32,000 bases of DNA from Edaphobacter aggregans (GTDB lineage Bacteria; Acidobacteriota; Terriglobia; Terriglobales; Acidobacteriaceae): assembly GCF_003945235.1 (NCBI RefSeq), contig NZ_RSDW01000001.1, forward strand, positions 30,001-62,000. Direction: 5' to 3'. Made by a program: the position numbers and the translations under genes. Each line of letters begins with the position of its first letter. Positions within the stretch are counted from its first letter, which is position 1. This document shows, piece after piece, positions 8,708 through 16,175 of the stretch. Under the pieces are notes generated by a model that was not told the DNA's origin, made no database searches, and was given only the letters and a program-made list of their open reading frames with translations.

Positions 8708-9823
8708 ATGTCAACAGATCAGAACCAGCAAGACCTTACAGTTCCCACAACTATGCGTGCAGCCGTCTACCACGGCGTTAATGATGTGCGCGTTGAAACG
8801 ATTCCAGTTCCTGAAATCAGCCCTGGAGAAGTGTTGGTTAAGATTCATACCTGTGGGATCTGTGGGACCGACCTCAAGAAAATTCACACGGGTTCGCACA
8901 GCGCGCCGCGTGTCTTTGGGCACGAGATGTCGGGAACAATTGTTCGGGTGGGTGAAGGTGTCACAGGCTTCGCGATTGGCGATCGGGTGATGGCTTATCA
9001 CCACATCCCTTGCGGCGAGTGTTACTACTGTCGCAAACAGACGTTCGCGCAGTGCGAGGTCTATAAGAGGGTCGGTTGCACTGCTGGGTTTGCCCCTTCG
9101 GGTGGTGGCTTTGCGGAGTACATTCGTGTAATGGATTGGATCGTCCGGCGCGGGTTGGTGAAGATACCCGACGGTATTCCCTTCGAGCAAGCGGCCTTTA
9201 TCGAGCCGGTGAATACCTGCTACAAGGCGATCCAGTTGCTCAATCTTCAGTCTGACGAGACCGTGTTGGTCATCGGCCAGGGTTCGATTGGGATTCTTCT
9301 CGCAGCGCTGGCAAGAAAGACTGGCGCGACGGTGCTTACCAGCGACTTATATCCTGAGCGTCACGCTGTTGCTGCAAGATTTGGCCTTGATCATCCGCTC
9401 GATGCACGAGGCGATGTCGTGGCGGCTGCTAAAGCAGTTACTGAAGGTCGCGGCGCTGACGTAGCTCTGCTTGCAGTAGGGGGCGACGCGCTCATCAAGA
9501 TTGCAATGAATGCGATTCGACCCGGTGGGCGCGTGATGCTCTTCGCGGCGACGCAACACGGTGAGTCTCCGTTCGATCCTGCGGCCGTATGCATGGACGA
9601 GAAGACCCTTATGGGGTCCTACAGTTCATCGGTGGCGATCAACGACGAGGTTGCGCAGTTGGTGCTCGATGGTTATGACAATGGCTTTGACCTGACGCAG
9701 CTAATCTCTCACAGGTTTTCGATTGAGGATGCTGTGGCAGCAATTGAGCTGGCCTCTCACCCGCAGGCTGATTCGTTGAAGATCGTCATTCAACCTTCGA
9801 CTAATCTCGTGTCCGCTTCTTGA
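8708..9823 (+). CDS. Zinc-dependent medium-chain dehydrogenase/reductase (sorbitol/threonine-dehydrogenase-like), last gene of the hopanoid operon
   Basis: 371-aa ORF starting 4 nt after the hpnG stop. Catalytic-zinc motifs 'CGICGTDLK' and 'GHEMSG'. Structural-zinc 'CGECYYCRKQTFAQC'. Rossmann 'VIGQGSIGIL'. Confidence 0.9.
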   Translation: MSTDQNQQDLTVPTTMRAAVYHGVNDVRVETIPVPEISPGEVLVKIHTCGICGTDLKKIHTGSHSAPRVFGHEMSGTIVRVGEGVTGFAIGDRVMAYHHIPCGECYYCRKQTFAQCEVYKRVGCTAGFAPSGGGFAEYIRVMDWIVRRGLVKIPDGIPFEQAAFIEPVNTCYKAIQLLNLQSDETVLVIGQGSIGILLAALARKTGATVLTSDLYPERHAVAARFGLDHPLDARGDVVAAAKAVTEGRGADVALLAVGGDALIKIAMNAIRPGGRVMLFAATQHGESPFDPAAVCMDEKTLMGSYSSSVAINDEVAQLVLDGYDNGFDLTQLISHRFSIEDAVAAIELASHPQADSLKIVIQPSTNLVSAS

Positions 9824-11246
9824 CCTCAACGCTGAGCCGCTTGATCTTCTGGTTCAACGTTGAAAGCGGAATCCTGAAGTACTCGGCTGCTTCCGTCTGG
9901 TTCCAATGGCAGCGTTCCAGGCGATCTGCAATGATGCGCCGCTCGATCTCCTCCATCAGGTCGAAGAGGGAAGCGTCGGGCTGATGCTCCAGCAGTGTTG
10001 CCGAGTAGGTGTTGCCTGTCAATTGCGCTGGAAGCAACTCGGGCGTGATCATCTTCGAAGTAGAGAGTACGACGCCGCGCTCCATCGCGTTCTCCAGTTC
10101 GCGCACGTTGCCGGGCCACTCGTAGTCCATCAAGACGCGCATCGCCTCCGGTGACAACACCCGCTCACCGGTCTCATTCTCCTCGCCGTAGAACTTGAGG
10201 AAGTGTGCCGCCAGAAGAGGAATATCCTGGCGCCGCGAACGCAGTGGTGGCAGCTCAAGACAGATGACGTTCAAGCGATAGAAGAGGTCTTCCCGGAACC
10301 GACCGGCCCGCACCGCTTCCTGCAGGTTAACATTGGTCGCCGCGATGATCCGCACGTCTACCTGAATCTCCTGCACGCCGCCCAGGTGCATGAAGCGCCG
10401 ATCCTGCAGCACGCGCAAAATCTTGGCCTGCATGTCGAGGCCCATAGTGCCAATTTCATCGAGGAACAGCGTCCCGCCATTAGCGACTTCGAAGAGGCCT
10501 TTCTTAGCAGAGATCGCGGACGTGAACGCACCCTTGACGTGGCCAAACAGCGTGGACTCCAGCAGCTCTGACGGTACGGCACCGGTATTCACGGGAACGA
10601 ACGGACGATCTCGGCGCGGAGAATTTGCGTGGATGGCCTTAGCGAAGAGCTCCTTACCTGTGCCGCTCTCACCCTGCAACAGCACGGTCGAACGACTTGG
10701 AGCGACCTGTGCGATGAGGTCGAAGAGGCGTAGCATTGGCTCGCTCTTGCCGACAATGTTTTCGAAGTTGTACCGCTGCTTGAGCGTCCGTTTAAGCTGG
10801 ATTATCTCTTCTTCGGCGCGATGCTTTGCGATGGCGGTGCGAATGTCCGCGAGCAGCTTCTCGTTGTCCCATGGCTTCTGGACGAAGTTCTCAGCGCCTG
10901 CGCGAATGGCATCGACCACGTTACCAACTGTGCCGAATGCAGTGATCATGATGACCGGCAGGTTGGGCTGCATCTCGATGATGCGGGGCAACAGATCAAG
11001 TCCGCTCTCACCGGGCAATGCAAGGTCCAGCAGCAGCAGATCGAACTCATTGCGCGAGATCAGATCCATGCCCGTCGCGCCATCGCCCGCCATACTGACG
11101 GTGAAACCTTCCAGCGTCAGCAATGTATCGAGCGATTCGCGTATGGCCGCCTCATCATCGATGATCAAAATGCGGGGGCTGCCGGCGATATGCGCCGTAT
11201 CTTGCGGGCGGGCGGACTCTGCGGCCACCGCGGTTGTTTCAGACAT
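9801..11246 (-). CDS. Sigma-54-dependent response regulator (NtrC family: REC, AAA+, Fis-type HTH)
   Basis: The ORF track gives 9801..11279. The ATG at 11246 (MSETTAV...) overlaps the kinase stop as ATGTCTGA, so I call 481 aa. REC domain ('ILIIDDE', acceptor region 'LLLLDLALPG'). Walker A 'GESGTGKE'. Sigma-54 contact loop 'GAFTSA'. 'ESTLFGH'. C-terminal HTH 'NQTEAAEYFRIPLSTLNQKIKR'. Confidence 0.9.
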   Translation of the reverse strand: MSETTAVAAESARPQDTAHIAGSPRILIIDDEAAIRESLDTLLTLEGFTVSMAGDGATGMDLISRNEFDLLLLDLALPGESGLDLLPRIIEMQPNLPVIMITAFGTVGNVVDAIRAGAENFVQKPWDNEKLLADIRTAIAKHRAEEEIIQLKRTLKQRYNFENIVGKSEPMLRLFDLIAQVAPSRSTVLLQGESGTGKELFAKAIHANSPRRDRPFVPVNTGAVPSELLESTLFGHVKGAFTSAISAKKGLFEVANGGTLFLDEIGTMGLDMQAKILRVLQDRRFMHLGGVQEIQVDVRIIAATNVNLQEAVRAGRFREDLFYRLNVICLELPPLRSRRQDIPLLAAHFLKFYGEENETGERVLSPEAMRVLMDYEWPGNVRELENAMERGVVLSTSKMITPELLPAQLTGNTYSATLLEHQPDASLFDLMEEIERRIIADRLERCHWNQTEAAEYFRIPLSTLNQKIKRLSVEVKKRTRD

Positions 11247-14214
11247 GAATCGTCTTCCTCTCCAACTCCTGCGTATCACTTGCGCGCGCGGGCTCGGGGA
11301 TCACAGCAGTCCGGCCGCCGGAGGTAGGGAACTCCAGCTGGAAGGCTGTGCCGATGCCAACCTCGCTCTCGACGTGGATCTTGCCGGCATGCTCCTGCAT
11401 GATCCCATAGCTGACTGCCAACCCAAGGCCTGTGCCTTTATGCGCGCCTTCCTGCGGTTTGGTCTTCGTGGTAAAGAATGGATCGTAGATGCGGTGCAGA
11501 TGCTCGCGTTCGATACCCCCGCCGGAATCCTGAATGCGAACGAGCACCCGTCCCGCCCCACTGAAGGTTGCAATCCGCAGCGTTGCATTGGGGGTGCCTA
11601 GCATAGCGTCCTTCGCGTTCAGCATCAGGTTCAGGATGACCTGCTGCAGCTTGCCGCGGTTTCCATGGATACGCGGGAGCTGCGGGTCAAAATTGGTCTC
11701 GACACGAATCTTCGCCGTCTTCAGCTGATGGTCAAGCAGGGCAATCGTATCGCGTAACAGTTCGTTAAGATCGACGTCGGTGAACTCCGTCCCGCTGGTG
11801 CGAGAGAAGTTCAGCAGTCCGTTAACAATCTCCGACGCGCGGAAGGTCTGCTGCGTAATCTTCTCGAGCACCGGCGCGAGGCGCTCGTCATCTCGCATAT
11901 ATTTGGTCAACATTTGGGCATAGCTGGAGATGACAGCCAGCGGTGTGTTGACCTCGTGCGCGACCCCGGCGGCGAGCAAGCCGATCGAAGAGAGCTTCTC
12001 AGATTGTGTAAGCTGAGCCTCGAGCTGCATCCTGTCTGTAATGTCATCGACCAGAATGATCCGTCCGACAGTGATGAAGTCGCGTGTGACCAGCGGCGCG
12101 ATGGCAATATTGGCGGTCCGCACCTCACCGGTCGGCAGTGCTAGACGGAACTTGTAGAGTGTATGCGTCCCCTGCTCGTCGCGCACGCTGTTGAATCGTG
12201 AGACGAACTCCGGCGGGAAGACAGAGGAGAGCGGCTGGCGCAGCGCATCGATCCGAGGCTTCGCGTACATCGCCTCCATCTGTGCGTTCCAGCTTTCGAT
12301 CCTGTCGTCCAGATCGACCGCGAAGATGCCAATGTTGATCGATTCAACGATGTTCTCGTTGAACTCCTTCAACCGCTCGAAGTCGCTGATCTTCTGCTCA
12401 AGCCGACGGTAGAGCTGCGCGTTTTGAATAGCGATACCGATGTAGCCGGCCAGCGACTCCAGCAGTTCCATGTCTTCGCTGGAGAGGAAGTCTCCGTCAT
12501 CCGTGCGTCCCAGACCGATCACCGCGACCGTCCTGTTGCCGCCTCCCTCGCGATTGGCAACGCGGCAGGGCAGATAGTAGTTCAGGTCGAGCCTGCCTGC
12601 GCTTGAGCGCTGCGCCTCCGGCAGACGTAGTACCTGCTGCGGATTCTCGAGGAAGATATGATTGTTTGCGCCCGGCCGGTCGAAGTCGAAAAAGCGCACG
12701 TCCAGCGCCTTAAGGTCGGTCGCCTGCAGGTTCGTCAGTCCGTGTGATGCCGCCAGTTCAAAGTGTCGCTCGGCAAACGTATCATCGGTCTCCTTAGCAA
12801 GGAAGACCGCGACTCGCGTTACCAGCAGCGTCTGCGGCAAACGCTCGACGATGGAATCGACCAGCGCTCGCAGATCGGTCTGCGAGTTCAGCCCTCGGCC
12901 AAACTCCACCAGGGTCTCGCGGTAGTCGAATCGCTTTTGATCAAAGATCCGATCGACTCGCGCCTGAATCGCCCGCTTCAGCGGATCAAAGACTAGGCCG
13001 GTTACGATGACTGCAGCCAGAAATCCCCACGTACGCAGGCTGGGATTGTTTAGCCGTGCACGAACGACCTCTGCCGTTAACGCAATCACGCCGAAGTACA
13101 AGCCCACGAGCGATGCCGTAGCCAGCGTGTAGGTCACACCGCGCTTGAATATCAGGTCGACGTCCATCAACCGGTAACGCACAATCGCCCAACTGAAGGT
13201 CAGCGGAACAAAGACCAGCGAGAGCCCAGCTAACTTCTGCAGCAGGGTCGGCACGGCCGCATCCGACAGATAGGGGATGACATAAAGGACCGTGAACGGC
13301 GTAATCGCGATCATCGTGCCGCGAGTGAGCCACTTCAATTGCTGCCGCTCCAGCGCAGACTCAGCTCTCTTGTATCGGAACTGGAAGACGATTCCTGCGA
13401 TAACGTAGTAGAGCGCGAGATATCCGACCGCGATCTGGTCTAGACGATGGCGCAACACCTCGGTCGCCGACCAGTAGTGAAGCGCGACAAACTGTAACCC
13501 GATAAGAAAGATTCCCGGCAGGTAGAGGGCTACCGTCAGGAGGCGTCGGCCAAGGCGTTTGCGCTGCTCTCCTGAGGCAAAGCTAATTGCAAAGTGCAGG
13601 AAGAGCGCCGGTTGTAGCGCTCCGGCCGCAATGCGACCCCAGTAGATGATCGAATCAAAGGTGTCGAATTTGGTGGTGTAGTTGAAGGAATACAGCACAA
13701 ACGAGACGAGACAGAAGACGTAGAAATGCGTCGATTTGGGCGCAGTCCATCGTCGGAACAGGACGTAGATCCCGATACACAGGTACACCAGCGCAATAAA
13801 TCGCAGGCCGAGGTTGATGGACCGATCTGTCGGCTCCAGAATCACCTGAATATCGAGCTTAGCCGCACCCGAAAGATCGCTTGCGTGGGGAAGCGGCCTG
13901 AGAATCGAGTAGGTCGCATGGGCCCAGATGCCGCTGTGGAACATCTCGCGGACAAACGGAGCCAGCCGCTCCGTCGGTCTATCGTTGATGCTAACCAGCA
14001 CGTCCCCGGCGCGTACTCCGGCCCGCTGACCTGGTGAATCGGGGGGAACCTGCTCGGCTCGTAGACCACCCTGGGTTTCAACCCACCAGATGCCGTCCGT
14101 CGGTACGTCAAAGCTGCTTTCGCGCTCGAAGTTCATCGCGGCGAGCACACAGGCCGCCACCGTCGCCAAGGCGAGTGCGATAGCCAGAATGCGCGTTTGG
14201 GCAGCGTTCTTCAT
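11239..14214 (-). CDS. Sensor histidine kinase with extracytoplasmic PDZ domain, polytopic membrane region, GAF/PAS-like modules, HisKA and HATPase_c
   Basis: 991-aa ORF. TM1 ('ILAIALALATVAACVLAA'). PDZ-like segment at aa ~41-107 ('GGLRAEQVPPDSPGQRAGVRAGDVLVSINDRP', coordinates ~13894-14094). About nine further hydrophobic helices. Cytoplasmic sensory modules. H-box 'AAGVAHEVNTPLAVI'. ATPase G-boxes 'DSGGGI' and 'GTGLGLAVS'. Confidence 0.9.
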   Translation of the reverse strand: MKNAAQTRILAIALALATVAACVLAAMNFERESSFDVPTDGIWWVETQGGLRAEQVPPDSPGQRAGVRAGDVLVSINDRPTERLAPFVREMFHSGIWAHATYSILRPLPHASDLSGAAKLDIQVILEPTDRSINLGLRFIALVYLCIGIYVLFRRWTAPKSTHFYVFCLVSFVLYSFNYTTKFDTFDSIIYWGRIAAGALQPALFLHFAISFASGEQRKRLGRRLLTVALYLPGIFLIGLQFVALHYWSATEVLRHRLDQIAVGYLALYYVIAGIVFQFRYKRAESALERQQLKWLTRGTMIAITPFTVLYVIPYLSDAAVPTLLQKLAGLSLVFVPLTFSWAIVRYRLMDVDLIFKRGVTYTLATASLVGLYFGVIALTAEVVRARLNNPSLRTWGFLAAVIVTGLVFDPLKRAIQARVDRIFDQKRFDYRETLVEFGRGLNSQTDLRALVDSIVERLPQTLLVTRVAVFLAKETDDTFAERHFELAASHGLTNLQATDLKALDVRFFDFDRPGANNHIFLENPQQVLRLPEAQRSSAGRLDLNYYLPCRVANREGGGNRTVAVIGLGRTDDGDFLSSEDMELLESLAGYIGIAIQNAQLYRRLEQKISDFERLKEFNENIVESINIGIFAVDLDDRIESWNAQMEAMYAKPRIDALRQPLSSVFPPEFVSRFNSVRDEQGTHTLYKFRLALPTGEVRTANIAIAPLVTRDFITVGRIILVDDITDRMQLEAQLTQSEKLSSIGLLAAGVAHEVNTPLAVISSYAQMLTKYMRDDERLAPVLEKITQQTFRASEIVNGLLNFSRTSGTEFTDVDLNELLRDTIALLDHQLKTAKIRVETNFDPQLPRIHGNRGKLQQVILNLMLNAKDAMLGTPNATLRIATFSGAGRVLVRIQDSGGGIEREHLHRIYDPFFTTKTKPQEGAHKGTGLGLAVSYGIMQEHAGKIHVESEVGIGTAFQLEFPTSGGRTAVIPEPARASDTQELERKTIHV

Positions 14215-14233
14215 ACAGCGTCAACCACGTATA

Positions 14234-14249
14234 AGCACATCGAGTTCCA
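14234..14249 (-). promoter_or_regulatory. Sigma-54-like -24/-12 element TGGAAC-N5-GTGCT upstream of the kinase/regulator operon
   Basis: The minus strand reads TGGAACTCGATGTGCT, with GG and GC at the canonical 10-nt spacing. However, GC lies only 20 nt before the ATG (14214), implying a leader of roughly 8-10 nt with no SD. Confidence 0.25.
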
Positions 14250-14338
14250 AACTCGCGTGCAGCCATAAAGCACGGTTGAGCAACAATTCCCCGTGCGATA
14301 GCTACAGAAAATCATAACCGATTCCGTAATTCAGAGAT

Positions 14339-14354
14339 TGGAACTTTGGCCGCT
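14339..14354 (+). promoter_or_regulatory. Second, divergent sigma-54-like element TGGAAC-N5-CCGCT
   Basis: The plus strand reads TGGAACTTTGGCCGCT with correct GG/GC spacing. It shares the octamer TTGGAACT with the minus-strand element. The -12 box is weak (CCGC instead of TTGC). A dyad CGTGC-N9-GCACG (14256-14274) lies 65-85 nt upstream. Confidence 0.2.
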
Positions 14355-14445
14355 TGTTTCAATAAGGTAGACGTTTTCTGTGAAGGCCGGGCCTACACGG
14401 CGGCTATTCCTACCCACGGGTGAAACAATACCCTCAAATATGTTT

Positions 14446-14464
14446 TAACATTGCTGTAACATTG
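14446..14464. repeat. Direct repeat TAACATTG-ctg-TAACATTG (11-bp period) upstream of the hydrolase gene
   Basis: Identical octamers at 14446-14453 and 14457-14464, about 60-75 nt upstream of ATG 14522. Possible regulator site or promoter element. Confidence 0.3.
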
Positions 14465-14521
14465 AGTGGATGGGATCGCGAATCAAGCTTTGGCGTGACC
14501 GAATGGCTAGTCCTTAGGGCA

Positions 14522-15418
14522 ATGGCGATGACATCACGGCATACAGATATCGTTGAAGGATTTGTGTTGGTGGATGGGAAGAAGATCCACTACCAGCGCG
14601 CTGGCCGCGGACGTCCGCTCCTCCTGCTACACGGACTGGTCGGTTCTGCCAGAAATTGGCGCCTGAACATCAGCTTCCTCGCAAGCCACGCCACCGTCTA
14701 TGCCGTTGACCACTTCAATATGGGCGAGTCGGAGCGCGTTCCCGGTCTCGATGCCAGCCTTGCAGCCACCGCCGATCGCGTTGCCGCTTGCATGGATGCC
14801 CTAGGCTTGGCTGAGGCCGATATTGCTGCCCATTCGCACGGTGGCGCCGTCGCCATGATGCTTGCCGCGCGACATCCTGACCGTGTCCGCCGGCTCATTC
14901 TTTTCGCTCCAGCAAATCCCTTCTGCGATCTGGGCCGTCAACTTATCCGCTTCTATCAGACGCGTTTTGGCGTGTGGTTCGCCCGTCAGATTCCCCTCGC
15001 TCCAAGAATGCTCAAGGCGACCGCGCTAAGCCGCATGTACGGCGATCCATCGCGCGTGGAGAAGGGCGCTCTTGAAGGCTACACGGCTGGTCTGCGCGTG
15101 CCGGGCACAATCGATCATGTGCTGCAGATCGTCCGCCGCTGGTCGGTCGACATGGGCCTACTTCGCGAGGCGCTGCCCGTAGTGGCGGAAAAGCCAACGC
15201 TGCTCATCTGGGGAGACCGCGACCGAGCCGTCGGCCTATCCTCGGCCCGCGAGCTTCAGCGCATTCTCTCCCGCGCCAGCCTCATGGTCATTCCCGGGGC
15301 CGGGCACATCGCCTTCGAAGAGATGCCGGACGTATGCAACCGTGCCATGCAGGATTGGATATCGAGCCCCTTGCCCGCCGAGCAAGGTTTTTCTCCAGCC
15401 AAAACAAGCGCAGCCTAG
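14522..15418 (+). CDS. Alpha/beta-fold hydrolase
   Basis: The ORF is open from GTG 14420 (332 aa). I prefer ATG 14522 (MAMTSRH..., 298 aa) because the extension has no recognisable feature. 'LLLLHGLVGSARNW' oxyanion region, nucleophile elbow 'AHSHGG', late 'GAGHIAFEE' His. Confidence 0.8.
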   Translation: MAMTSRHTDIVEGFVLVDGKKIHYQRAGRGRPLLLLHGLVGSARNWRLNISFLASHATVYAVDHFNMGESERVPGLDASLAATADRVAACMDALGLAEADIAAHSHGGAVAMMLAARHPDRVRRLILFAPANPFCDLGRQLIRFYQTRFGVWFARQIPLAPRMLKATALSRMYGDPSRVEKGALEGYTAGLRVPGTIDHVLQIVRRWSVDMGLLREALPVVAEKPTLLIWGDRDRAVGLSSARELQRILSRASLMVIPGAGHIAFEEMPDVCNRAMQDWISSPLPAEQGFSPAKTSAA

Positions 15419-15419
15419 T

Positions 15420-16103
15420 TCAGGCAGAAGTGAGTCCAAACGTCTCCTGCATCCAGGAACGGATCGCTGCCTGCATCTGGTCGAGCTTCGGTCCCGGAGA
15501 TGAAGCCGTCCCCTGAAAGAAGTGCTCCGCGCCCTCGATCCACACCATCCGTTTCGGGTCCGCAGCCCTTGCGAGCATTGGCTCGACAGCATCACGCGGC
15601 CCGAACTGGTCTTCCGTGCCGCTGACGAACAGCTTTGGCTGCGTGCAGTGCGTCAGAAACTCGTACGTGTAACTCCTGCCCTCGGCGCGGTAGGGAACAC
15701 CCAGGCCAATCAAGCCTTTGACCCGCTCATCACCGCAACCAGCACGCATTCCCACGAACGATCCAAACGAAAATCCCGCCAGCAGAATCGGCAGTCGAAG
15801 ATTGCTCTCCATCCACTCCAGCACCGCGCGGGTATCGTCCAATTCACCCAGACCGTCGTCAAACTCACCCTCACTTAGCCCAACGCTGCGGAAGTTGAAC
15901 CGAACCACCGGCAAACCAAACGACGAGAGTGCCTTCATCGCGTGATAGACAACCTTGTTGTGCATCGTCCCGCCGCCCAGCGGATGCGGGTGGCAGACAA
16001 GTGTGGCATACGGAGCATCTTCGCGCCCAGTGTTCAACACTGCTTCCAGCCTGCCCTCTGGCCCCCGCAGATCATCGATCGATCGAATATGTGACTGTGT
16101 CAT
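15420..16103 (-). CDS. Alpha/beta-fold hydrolase (short, COG2945-like)
   Basis: 227-aa ORF. 'LVCHPHPLGGGTMHNKV' and nucleophile elbow 'GFSFGS'. C-terminal 'GAEHFF' His. Converges on the previous hydrolase gene with a 1-nt gap. Confidence 0.75.
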   Translation of the reverse strand: MTQSHIRSIDDLRGPEGRLEAVLNTGREDAPYATLVCHPHPLGGGTMHNKVVYHAMKALSSFGLPVVRFNFRSVGLSEGEFDDGLGELDDTRAVLEWMESNLRLPILLAGFSFGSFVGMRAGCGDERVKGLIGLGVPYRAEGRSYTYEFLTHCTQPKLFVSGTEDQFGPRDAVEPMLARAADPKRMVWIEGAEHFFQGTASSPGPKLDQMQAAIRSWMQETFGLTSA

Positions 16104-16175
16104 CCACCCCAGTTTACGAGGTGCCAGCCCGTCGAACCTATCGGACGAACCAAATCCGTATCGTATGCTGGAGCT

